Sequence record: NZ_CP104305.1
Reading direction: 5' to 3' (one strand)
Source: a plasmid
DNA: 64,000 nucleotides
Made by a program: the position numbers and the translations under genes. This document shows positions 19,426-27,686 of this stretch, piece by piece. Each line of letters opens with the position of its first letter. The first letter of the stretch is position 1. Below the pieces are notes generated by a model. That model was not told where the DNA came from. It did not search any database and saw nothing but the letters and a program-made list of their open reading frames with translations.

Positions 19426-19725
19426 TCAAATTAAATTTTTGGGTACATCTGGCACGCGATTACCGTTGAATACCAAACTACCGTCACGTTGTGCTTGAAG
19501 ATACGTCACCCGCAGCACAAGCAAATGCGCTAACGTGCCAGGTGGCTGAATTTCACCAATGACAACTAAGGTACCTTTCTCAACCGGAAAACGAGTGTGC
19601 TTTTTAACCCAGTCCTTGCCGACAAGCACGGAGTAGGAAACACCGTTTTGAACGATCGGGCGTGTTAAATAGGTATCACGCAGCCAAATCCCTGATTGTT
19701 CTGCCATAAAAATCCTCCTTTCCAC
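19426..19725 (-). CDS. hypothetical protein with possible AbrB/MazE-like swapped-hairpin fold
   Basis: Segment IVQNGVSYSVLVGKDWVKKH resembles the G-S-x-x-V-x-I-P-K pattern of AbrB/MazE-type domains; strong RBS aaggagg. Confidence 0.35.
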   Translation of the reverse strand: MERRIFMAEQSGIWLRDTYLTRPIVQNGVSYSVLVGKDWVKKHTRFPVEKGTLVVIGEIQPPGTLAHLLVLRVTYLQAQRDGSLVFNGNRVPDVPKNLI

Positions 19726-19742
19726 ACAAAAACCCGTGTTAG

Positions 19743-19778
19743 AAAATCAACACGGGTTCCTTTATTGATGGCTTGCGC
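19743..19778 (-). terminator. rho-independent terminator (minus strand)
   Basis: Stem aacccgtgtt / aacacgggtt with a 9-nt loop; on the minus strand it is followed by tttttgtgtg. Confidence 0.55.
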
Positions 19779-19867
19779 CAAGGCCGCATCGTGGAATCGA
19801 ACCACGTACACCAGTTGCGGCGATGTTTTGAGTTTGCTATGCTACTTGAGCGTTAATACCTAAACAG

Positions 19868-19898
19868 AAGTGTGCCTCTAGGGCACGCTTTTTCTTTT
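19868..19898 (+). terminator. rho-independent terminator (plus strand) in an otherwise minus-strand gene block
   Basis: Stem aagtgtgcc / ggcacgctt (one G-U pair) followed by tttttctttt; it overlaps the stop codon of the 53-aa minus-strand ORF. Confidence 0.45.
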
Positions 19899-20039
19899 GC
19901 AAGCGCGTTCCCTATTTAATGCCTCTCGTTCTTCTTGACGAGAACAACGGCCGCTCACAACACAAGCAGCATAAAGCGTGAACAGTAACAATCCCAGGAC
20001 AATACCTAATATGACAAACAATATAAGCCTCAGCATCAT
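19878..20039 (-). CDS. unannotated 53-aa hydrophobic peptide (TM helix + basic/acidic tail), translationally coupled to the upstream RHH gene
   Basis: Hand-translated: MMLRLILFVILGIVLGLLLFTLYAACVVSGRCSRQEEREALNRERACKRKSVP. Its ATG overlaps the TGA of the RHH ORF (ATGA). It is below the 60-aa cutoff of the ORF track. Confidence 0.35.
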   Translation of the reverse strand: MMLRLILFVILGIVLGLLLFTLYAACVVSGRCSRQEEREALNRERACKRKSVP

Positions 20040-20230
20040 GTCATCTTCTTTCTAGGAATGTTTGTAGCTGGTATGAAACCTGCTTTGATCAATTCTGCTT
20101 CCGCGACAATTAGCCTTCTAAGAAGCTCAGAAGGCCGCTCGCCTGTCGCTTCACAAAGAAACTGGAGCTGTATTCGTTCCTCTGGTGTGATGGTAATTTG
20201 ATAACGACGATTGTGCTTGTTGACTACCAA
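20036..20230 (-). CDS. ribbon-helix-helix (CopG/MetJ-like) DNA-binding protein
   Basis: 64 aa; N-terminal RRYQITITPEE beta-strand motif typical of RHH proteins. Confidence 0.45.
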   Translation of the reverse strand: MVVNKHNRRYQITITPEERIQLQFLCEATGERPSELLRRLIVAEAELIKAGFIPATNIPRKKMT

Positions 20231-20250
20231 GGTTGCCTCCTAATCAAAAG

Positions 20251-20296
20251 TGACGTCACCCTCCATCGCTGTTAAGCAAAAGGTGACGTCACTTTT
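20251..20296. promoter_or_regulatory. candidate operator: inverted repeat of two TGACGTCA-containing half-sites upstream of the RHH gene
   Basis: aaagtgacgtcacc (20251-20264) and ggtgacgtcacttt (20282-20295) are reverse complements; each contains the palindrome gtgacgtcac. Confidence 0.4.
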
Positions 20297-20730
20297 ATTT
20301 TTACCGCTTGCTGGCAAAACGCCAACTTGCTCATAAATCGGCCATAATAAAAACCCCGACCAACAGTTGGGGGCTAGTCGAGGCATGAGAAAGAAGAATT
20401 GATCGATGAACGACACAGCGCATGACCTATTTTCCATTAGGTCTCTGGTGCCCGTTTACAACGCTGGATTCATAGGAAGAGTTAAACAGATATAAGGAAG
20501 TAGTCACCAGACGTTTTTTCTCCAGCGTCTGCGCACCCTTAACATAACAAAAATGACTTCTGTTGCCAAGGCAGTTTCGTTATTTCTTGCTGTCTAATGT
20601 TCCAGTCTGCAACAAAAAAGACAACTCATGAAGTTGTCCTTTGAAGATGAAGCATTCATAGTGTTGAAACACATTTATACTTAGTAGACACTCCCATAAC
20701 TACCGAAGAATGGTTCCCCTAGAACTAATA

Positions 20731-21120
20731 CTATTTCTTACTCTTTTTAACACGTTTTGCCGGTTTCTTGGCCTTAACGCTGGTTTTCAGTTTTAAGGCT
20801 GGCGTGAACTTAACGTTCTTGGTTGCTTCAATTTGGATTGGTTCCCCTGTTCGGGGATTGCGTCCTTTTCTTGCAGCCCGATCCGTCACTCTAAAACTGC
20901 CAAACTCGATAATTTGCACCTTTTCACCAGCAACCAGGGCATCAGTGATGACTTGATTGTAGAGATTAATAAACTTGCGCAGCTCCTCGCCATTACTGTA
21001 CATGCCCGCTTTATCAGCGGCTGTCTGCATTCGTTTAATCAGCATCGCCTTATTCACGGTCAGCGGTGTCGTTGCTGCTTTGGTTACGGCCTTTTTTGGT
21101 GTTGTCTTTTTCTTTGCCAT
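20731..21120 (-). CDS. HU/IHF-family histone-like DNA-binding protein with Lys-rich N- and C-terminal tails
   Basis: Core IIEFGSFRVTDRAARKGRNPRTGEPIQIEATKNVKFTPALKLK matches the HU beta-arm region; flanked by KKKT/AKKPAKRVKKSKK tails. Confidence 0.75.
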   Translation of the reverse strand: MAKKKTTPKKAVTKAATTPLTVNKAMLIKRMQTAADKAGMYSNGEELRKFINLYNQVITDALVAGEKVQIIEFGSFRVTDRAARKGRNPRTGEPIQIEATKNVKFTPALKLKTSVKAKKPAKRVKKSKK

Positions 21121-21294
21121 GTTCTTGACCTCATTTCTTACAGAAGTATTTTCTACTGACCCCTATATCATAAGATAATGCTAGTCATGATGCCATCTTT
21201 AACCTTTGCATATAGCGCTGCTTGTAGGAATCGAACCTACCTAAAACATTAGCAACATCATAAAAAGCAGTCGATTAGACTGCTTCTAAGAATC

Positions 21295-23535
21295 TTAACG
21301 ACTTTGACGCTTGTGGTAGTAAGCAAACCCACCAAAACCTAAGCCAATGACCAGCAATAGAATACCAAGCCAAAAGGCGACGTGGTTATTGCTATCACCT
21401 GTTTGTGGCATGGTGCCTGTCTTCTGTGCGACCGGTGCTGCTGGTGTTGTAGAAGATGGTGTCGTTGGTTTAACTGGTTTAACCACATTTTTTTGGTTCT
21501 TGTTGTTTTTGGCAGAAATCTCAATGACTTGACCGTCATTTGCAAGTGTGATGCCATCTTGCTCAAAGCTGCCTGTATACCCTTCTGGGGTTTTGGTTTC
21601 TTTCAAGCTGTACTTACGGTTAGCAACAATCGCAAATTCCGCATAGCCGTTCTTATCAGTTGTTGCCTTTTGCTGATTGCCAAAATCATCAGTCAACGTA
21701 AATTCCGCGCCAGCAACAGGGTTTCTGAACTGATCGACTTTGTGGATTTTGATGCTGCCAGTATTGATTTCATTCTTGGACGTGTATTCCAAAACTTGAC
21801 CATCGTTGGCAAGCGTAATGCCTGCTTGCTTGTAGGTGCCATGATAGCCAAGTGGGTTCTTGTTTTCTTCAAGAGTGTATGAACGGTTAGCAACAATCGC
21901 AAATTCCGCATAGCCGTTCTTATCAGTTGTTGCCTTTTGTTGATTGCCAAGATCGTCCGTCAACGTAAATTCGGCACCAGCTAAAGGTTTGCCATTCTGA
22001 TCAACTTTATGGACTTTCACAACGCCCTTATTCAACGTGTTCTTAGCCGTATAACTTAAAACCTGACCGTCATTAGCAAGTGTGATGCCTGCTTGCTTGA
22101 AGTTGCCGGTGTACCCTGCTGGGGACTTGGTTTCTTCAAGTGTGTACGTGCGGTTTGCAACAATGTTGAAGGAAGCAAGACCATCTTTGCCAGTCGTTGC
22201 CTTTTGTTGATTGCCTTGATCGTCAGTCAATGTAAATGCAGCACCTGCTAAAGATTTGCCATTTTGATCGACTTTATGGACTTTCACAACGCCCTTATTC
22301 AACGTGTTCTTGGCCGTGTAACTAAAGACCTGACCGTCATTAGCAAGCGTGATACCAGCCTGCTTGAAGCTACCTGTGTACCCTGCTGGGGTCTTGGTTT
22401 CTTCCAGCGAATACGTCGCGCCTTCGGCAATCGTAAAGGTAGCCAGGCCATCTTTACCAGTGACTGCTTTTGTGGCCGTGCCGTTGTTATCTGTCAAAGT
22501 AAATTCAGCACCAGCAAGCGACTTACCGTCCTGATCCACCTTGTGAACCTGCACCTTACCGGTTGCTCGCGTCCAGTTAGCCTGATTATTAGCAAGCAGC
22601 GGCTTAACGAGTCCGGCAATGAGTACCAGGCTGTCTTGATAAGTTTGCGCAGCGTCTGTATAAACAACCGGCACAATCGCGGACACATTGCCGTTGACAT
22701 CAAAAGTGATATTGCCAGTTAGTGTTGATGTTGGCACTAGGATTGAAAATGGTTGACCAACGGTCACCGTATTGTTGGTAATGGCGTTGCCTTTTGCATC
22801 GACAAGTTTCATACCAGGCACTTGGTTCTTGAAGTTCAGTGTCGCTGTGCCCTGCTGGTTACTGTTGACCGTGTAAGTGTACTTGTGATACCCATTTTCC
22901 TTTGTTTGACCATCTGCACTGATGGTAAAGGACGTGTTCGCCGTGTCCTTTTGGTTCATCACATTGTTATAAACCAACGTTGCGGCTGCTTTTACACGAT
23001 TAACAGCGTCTTGACCATATGGCGCATAGATACCGTCCTTGAAGGCGCCAGGACGTGATGCCTGCCAAACAAGTTGATCCCACGATAAATTGCCGCTGAT
23101 AACCCACGAAACCAGCTGAGAAGCATACCAGGCTTCCTGGTTCGTCAGTCCAGCAATATTCCAGTACGCTGTATCGCTTGCTGGGTGCGCCGTAAAGCCA
23201 TATTTGAACAGCCGATATTGTGCATCAGTTCCGAGCTGTCCCTTCTCGTGTGTTTGACCGATTGGAGATTCTCGTTGTGCTTCCAAACAGTAGGCGTAGT
23301 TACCATTGCTGTCTTTGTACGACTGGGAAATCAAGTAATTTAGCGACCCCGTTGGGGTTTTCACCATGGCGTAGCCTGCCCCGTCTGTATTCGCGGCATA
23401 GTCGCCTTTACTGAATGTCATGAACGCAGGCACGTCAGTATCTGCCGCCGCAGATACATGGTTGAGTTGACCGCCAATAAGTCCCAGTGCGACTGCACCA
23501 GTAAAAAAGGCGGCCTTTAGCCATTTATGTTGCAT
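21295..23535 (-). CDS. LPXTG-anchored adhesin: putative N-terminal thioester domain + 4-5 Cna-B/SpaA-type isopeptide repeats
   Basis: Signal peptide; YAYCLEAQ (Cys motif) and YASQLVSWV (TQxA[IV]W-like Gln motif) in the N-terminal ~300 aa; ~90-aa repeats (VKVHKVDQNGK...YTLEETK...GYTG); C-terminal MPQTGD sorting motif + TM + KRQSR. Confidence 0.65.
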   Translation of the reverse strand: MQHKWLKAAFFTGAVALGLIGGQLNHVSAAADTDVPAFMTFSKGDYAANTDGAGYAMVKTPTGSLNYLISQSYKDSNGNYAYCLEAQRESPIGQTHEKGQLGTDAQYRLFKYGFTAHPASDTAYWNIAGLTNQEAWYASQLVSWVISGNLSWDQLVWQASRPGAFKDGIYAPYGQDAVNRVKAAATLVYNNVMNQKDTANTSFTISADGQTKENGYHKYTYTVNSNQQGTATLNFKNQVPGMKLVDAKGNAITNNTVTVGQPFSILVPTSTLTGNITFDVNGNVSAIVPVVYTDAAQTYQDSLVLIAGLVKPLLANNQANWTRATGKVQVHKVDQDGKSLAGAEFTLTDNNGTATKAVTGKDGLATFTIAEGATYSLEETKTPAGYTGSFKQAGITLANDGQVFSYTAKNTLNKGVVKVHKVDQNGKSLAGAAFTLTDDQGNQQKATTGKDGLASFNIVANRTYTLEETKSPAGYTGNFKQAGITLANDGQVLSYTAKNTLNKGVVKVHKVDQNGKPLAGAEFTLTDDLGNQQKATTDKNGYAEFAIVANRSYTLEENKNPLGYHGTYKQAGITLANDGQVLEYTSKNEINTGSIKIHKVDQFRNPVAGAEFTLTDDFGNQQKATTDKNGYAEFAIVANRKYSLKETKTPEGYTGSFEQDGITLANDGQVIEISAKNNKNQKNVVKPVKPTTPSSTTPAAPVAQKTGTMPQTGDSNNHVAFWLGILLLVIGLGFGGFAYYHKRQSR

Positions 23536-23708
23536 TATTTCTCCTTCTTTCTGTTACTTCTTTGTTTGAATCAGTAACTTCCTTCACTACCAACTCACAT
23601 CGGCACCACCTCCCGAAAGGTACAAAAAAACAGCCAATCTAGTCGATTGACTGTTCTAAAGTCATTTAAATTTAGCGAAACCTTACCGGACAGCTACTGC
23701 CATACCAG

Positions 23709-24700
23709 TCACATTAAAGGCGTTCTCAAAAGTGCCAGCATTGATCCAACGGGCGCCGAAGACTGGATCAACAACGTGATAGGCACCATCTTTGAAGCCA
23801 TCAACGCTGACAACATGACCGTTCCAAACAGCACGTCCCCAGGACATTTGCTGGAACTTGGTTGTGCATTACTACTGCCACTATTACTAGAAACACCATT
23901 GCCACTAGTTTGACCCTGAGGTGCGTTTGTCTTGGTAGTGTTGCTAGCTGTCATTGTTGCTGCGGATTGACTACTTGCGGTTTGGCTAGAGGAAGTTGCT
24001 GTCTGTGCCGCAGCTAATTGCGAGTCACCTGCAGCTGCCTGCTTCTTAGCCTGCTCAGCTTGCTGATCTTTAGGCAGATTCTTGATGGCATCGTCTAATT
24101 TTGGTAAGTATTTATCCTTGAATGCTTTGACATTGACCGCATTGATAGCATCACGAGCCTGATTGATTTTCGTCTGATCTGGATCGCCGGTCGTAGCCGC
24201 TTTAACAAGTGCCACTGCTTTGACTTCACGATCAAGCAATGTTGCCTTGTCCTTAATAGTCGCCGCAAACTTAGCTTTATGTGCTTGTAGATAAGTAAAA
24301 TCATTGTTGAAGACTTGAATCTTAAAGTCCTCGTCTTTCAACACCTGATCCTTATCAAGCTCAGTATTCAAAGTATCTTGGACGAAGAAGATTTTCTTGG
24401 CCGCCTGCAACTGTTGTTGATCGACTTTGAACGTCTTCTGTTGTGCTTTCGACAAATCACTCCGCAGCTTATACACTTTATCCTTTTGCGTGTTGGCCTT
24501 AGTCAATGCCGCTTCGCTGAGCTGCTTAGCAGGCATCTCATACTTGCTGTCAGCGTAAAGACTTTTCACTTGCTTGGTCAGACGTGTCAATTGCGGTTGT
24601 CCCGCTTTTTTTGCGTTGATGCTTTAGCTTGATTACCACATCCGGCTAAAAGTAACCCTGACACTAAAATGATACCACCCGTTTTTACCATCATTTTCAT
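23709..24700 (-). pseudogene. lipoprotein gene interrupted by a homopolymer (A7) frameshift
   Basis: An ATG at 24700 with RBS aggagg encodes the lipoprotein signal MKMMVKTGGIILVSGLLLAGC (lipobox LAGC). It stops after the A7 tract (plus-strand T run 24606-24612). With one extra A it reads through into the 293-aa ORF 23709..24590. A possible second frame change exists near 23900. Confidence 0.45.
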
Positions 24701-24738
24701 TTGATTCAGCCTCCTGTTTGGCCTTTTCTTATGCGTGG

Positions 24739-25014
24739 TTATAGCAAATTGCTATCAATGACGATGGTCCTTGCATCATCCTCACCTTGCAAGACTTGCT
24801 TTTCCTTTTCAACTAATTCATCATGGAAATCCGCCAAGTCATCTGCTTCTAGCAGAATCTCAGCGGCTTGATCAAGCGATACCTCATGTGGCGTTAAATC
24901 ATCTAGCGCATCATCAATTTCATTCTGATAAATGCGCTTAGCCTCTTCTGGCGTATCTGCCACAATCAACGCATAATAATCATGATGATCCGTGTCAAAC
25001 TCATAGAATCGCAT
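24739..25014 (-). CDS. hypothetical acidic protein
   Basis: 91-aa ORF in an overlapping four-gene minus-strand cluster; Asp/Glu-rich, like leading-region or antirestriction-type small proteins. Confidence 0.35.
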   Translation of the reverse strand: MRFYEFDTDHHDYYALIVADTPEEAKRIYQNEIDDALDDLTPHEVSLDQAAEILLEADDLADFHDELVEKEKQVLQGEDDARTIVIDSNLL

Positions 25015-25231
25015 GATGATTGCCTCCTATCCGCCGTTCCTTAATTGGATGGTCTCGTCGATATTCCCATTCCTGCTCTGGCAACTCTGGCTTAATCTCC
25101 TCAGTCTCCCCTAGTCTTAAAGCCGTCATGTAATAACCATGATCAACAAAAGTATAACGCACGCCTTTTTCCAAGTGTGGCAGAACCTGCCCTACACCAT
25201 TAACAAAAGGGACTTTTGTTTGTTTAAGCAC
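25001..25231 (-). CDS. hypothetical protein
   Basis: 76-aa ORF overlapping its neighbours. Confidence 0.3.
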   Translation of the reverse strand: MLKQTKVPFVNGVGQVLPHLEKGVRYTFVDHGYYMTALRLGETEEIKPELPEQEWEYRRDHPIKERRIGGNHHAIL

Positions 25232-25442
25232 CCAAACTCACCGCTTTCACACTAGTTCCCAATACCCCACGCCGCACAACGATTCGCTGATCCGTCTTGC
25301 TTTCTGCTAAGATCTCAGTCCATTCACGCTGTCGTACCGGATTGTGCTCATATAACCGTCGCGCCCGATCATACGTTGCGTAATCAACACTCGTCAGCTG
25401 ATGTTGTTGCATAAACACAAGTAACTTGTCGATTGCTTTCAT
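25224..25442 (-). CDS. hypothetical protein
   Basis: 72-aa ORF overlapping its neighbours. Confidence 0.3.
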   Translation of the reverse strand: MKAIDKLLVFMQQHQLTSVDYATYDRARRLYEHNPVRQREWTEILAESKTDQRIVVRRGVLGTSVKAVSLGA

Positions 25443-25449
25443 CTCTAGA

Positions 25450-25707
25450 TTACCTCATTTCAATTTCTGAATGAACCATGTCCTGGTGCCGTTTTCTTTT
25501 TAACCTGACGGTTTTACTTCGATTGAGCCAGGTCATTAGCAAGTGACGTTCCTGCAGACTCAAGTCACGCATGTGAGCGTGGCGATATTTAAAATAGTCT
25601 TCAACCGTCGTGATCTTGCCAAGTTTAGTCATGTTGACAAACTCAGTCACAACTTCATATTGCTGTGACTTTTTTTGCTGTTTCATGGCACTGCTCCTTT
25701 GATTCAA
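25450..25707 (-). CDS. hypothetical basic protein
   Basis: 85-aa ORF, first gene of the small-ORF cluster. Confidence 0.3.
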   Translation of the reverse strand: MNQRSSAMKQQKKSQQYEVVTEFVNMTKLGKITTVEDYFKYRHAHMRDLSLQERHLLMTWLNRSKTVRLKRKRHQDMVHSEIEMR

Positions 25708-26212
25708 CTAACAATATGATGCCTACGCATGAAGCATAGGTGAGGTCTGACCTCATGGTTTCTTAAAAAGCTAATAAACGTTTTTATTGCGTGAAATTCT
25801 CGAGTTTTCTAGGCATGAAACTCGCTAAACCTCAGCGTCTATGACGCTCGATTGACAGCTCTAGGCATATGCTGACGACCTTTCCAGCCATTCACTACCA
25901 CCCAAGCAAGAAACTTGCTGACACTCACCGTCGAGTGATTCACGGTCTGGTTCTAAGCCGCAGCGAAGAACGATCAAACGCATTATGTCTCGCCCGCTTT
26001 GATGGTGACACGGACTACTGGTGGCGGCACGGAATACCGAGGCGTTCCTCACCCGCTTGATTTCGCGGGCAACCATCTCCCCTTCACATACCGGCTGTGA
26101 GGAACACCGTCGAAAAAGGCCGGAGGGAGTTTAAGGCTATTCAGATTTCAAAGAGCTAAAGTTAGTTGTGCGTTCACACGCACGCATCATATTGTGAGTT
26201 GAGTTTGTGAGA

Positions 26213-26458
26213 TTAGGGCAGCTTGTATAAAGCCGCCTGTGGGTGCTTGCGCTTGGCAATCATCGTATGGTCACTGTTGTAAACACTGCGAATCTTGGGG
26301 TAAAGCTGTTCAATTGCCTCTAGCGAAGCATGATCCCGATCGTAAAAGGAACCATTCGCGTGATTGATGAGCACCCTCCGATCAAAAGTCCGAACGCAAA
26401 ATGCCTGTCTTACAACTCCTGAACGTGCTAGAATAGCCATTGTAACCACTCCCTTCAT
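26213..26458 (-). CDS. hypothetical protein
   Basis: 81-aa ORF preceded (upstream, minus strand) by a strong hairpin+T-run at 26490-26525. Confidence 0.3.
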   Translation of the reverse strand: MKGVVTMAILARSGVVRQAFCVRTFDRRVLINHANGSFYDRDHASLEAIEQLYPKIRSVYNSDHTMIAKRKHPQAALYKLP

Positions 26459-26933
26459 AGGATCAGCAGCAACAAGAGAAACACAAAAATAAGGGGCGCG
26501 CTGCCTACTGGCAACGCGCCCCTCACTTCGTCTTGTTTGGCTGCTATTTTGACGTCTCTTACTTTCGCCTAAGACTTCTCTAAGAGAAGTTCCACAGCGG
26601 TCACAAGGTCTGTTAAAATAAACTTGCCGCGCTCAACGCGGTGAAGACGGCAGTTGCTAGGCTAGGTGTTGTCTAGTTCTAGTAACAGTCACAGTGCGCT
26701 TATCCTGGACTACCAATCCAGGTCAGTGCTGTGATGCTGTCTTATTTTTTTGTATTCCCCTTGCTACTGTTGATTCTGAATTCAAGATAACACTTGAATT
26801 TTTTGAATGCAAGCATTAGTGTGTAGAGGAACAAATTAAGTAAGGCAAACATGTGTTGAATTGAGCAGGTAGACAAACAAATGTTCGCCTATATTTATTA
26901 TAGGACCTGGTTCCTTTTTAGACAAGAATTTTT

Positions 26934-27686
26934 CTAATTCTTGTCTTTCTTTTTGCTCTTCTCTAGGTTGGCTAACTCTTCACGAACCCTATGATGGCGG
27001 CGAATCACTTTACGAACTCGGTTATGTTTTTGTTGTGCAGAATCAAATGGCCCCCGGTAATCTTTCTGTCGTTGTCGCTCAGTTCTTTGTCCTTGTTTGA
27101 CTTGAACAGACGAGGCATATTGGCTTGTGAACTCAATCATAAATTGATCTGGTACAACCCGGCCATCTTGTAATTGCCGCTGCTTTTGTTTGGTAACATA
27201 AAGCACCATCACATCATGTAGCTGGCCATCTTTGCCACGAACATGCGCAACTCGCCCTAATGGCCGATCCGGAATGACCAAATCATCAGGGACTAGCCAG
27301 TAGTATTTAGTCGGTCGAATGCGCTTTGGCGTCATGAAGTAACCTGCCATCATAGTAACTTTTCCAAGTACCTTGACGTGACGATTACGATGCTGCGTAA
27401 AGGCTTTTAACTCCGTATCAGTCTCTGTTTTCTCCTGGATCAAGCGTTCTTTGACGGCGGCATAGCTGTGCTTTCTAGCTTCTTCCGCTCGTTGATTAGC
27501 AGTTTTTTGTGCCTCTGCCAGAATATCCTCTCGTTCATCAGGATCACTCGTTTGAATCATGAGTAAATGCAGACCGGCACGTTCTGCCTCAGTTAGCTCT
27601 TTGAGGTTTTTGAGCGCTACCTCTTCCGGAAAGGCTTCACGTTTCCGTTGATTAAACTCTTTAGAATTCATCAGGGTCGCCTCCAT
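26934..27686 (-). CDS. replication-associated protein (RepB-like, downstream partner of RepA_N initiators)
   Basis: 250-aa highly charged protein; overlaps the repA stop by 26 nt, the usual repA-repB arrangement. Confidence 0.4.
   Translation of the reverse strand: MEATLMNSKEFNQRKREAFPEEVALKNLKELTEAERAGLHLLMIQTSDPDEREDILAEAQKTANQRAEEARKHSYAAVKERLIQEKTETDTELKAFTQHRNRHVKVLGKVTMMAGYFMTPKRIRPTKYYWLVPDDLVIPDRPLGRVAHVRGKDGQLHDVMVLYVTKQKQRQLQDGRVVPDQFMIEFTSQYASSVQVKQGQRTERQRQKDYRGPFDSAQQKHNRVRKVIRRHHRVREELANLEKSKKKDKN

Noticed and set aside
19786-19832. Complete tRNA gene
   Set aside because: Only acceptor-like and T-arm elements are present (~45 nt); no D or anticodon arms. Treated as a tRNA-like hairpin, not a tRNA.
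20240-20437. 65-aa minus-strand ORF upstream of the RHH gene
   Set aside because: It overlaps the operator palindromes and probable promoter of the RHH gene; weak coding character.
21339-23414. Multiple 60-170-aa ORFs on both strands inside the adhesin gene
   Set aside because: All are nested within or antisense to the 746-aa LPXTG adhesin; low-complexity translations.
23647-23913. 88-aa plus-strand ORF
   Set aside because: Antisense to the C-terminal part of the lipoprotein pseudogene region; no RBS.
25861-26076. Overlapping 63- and 71-aa ORFs on opposite strands
   Set aside because: They are mutually antisense, with no RBS, in a structured ORF-free region. More likely non-coding.
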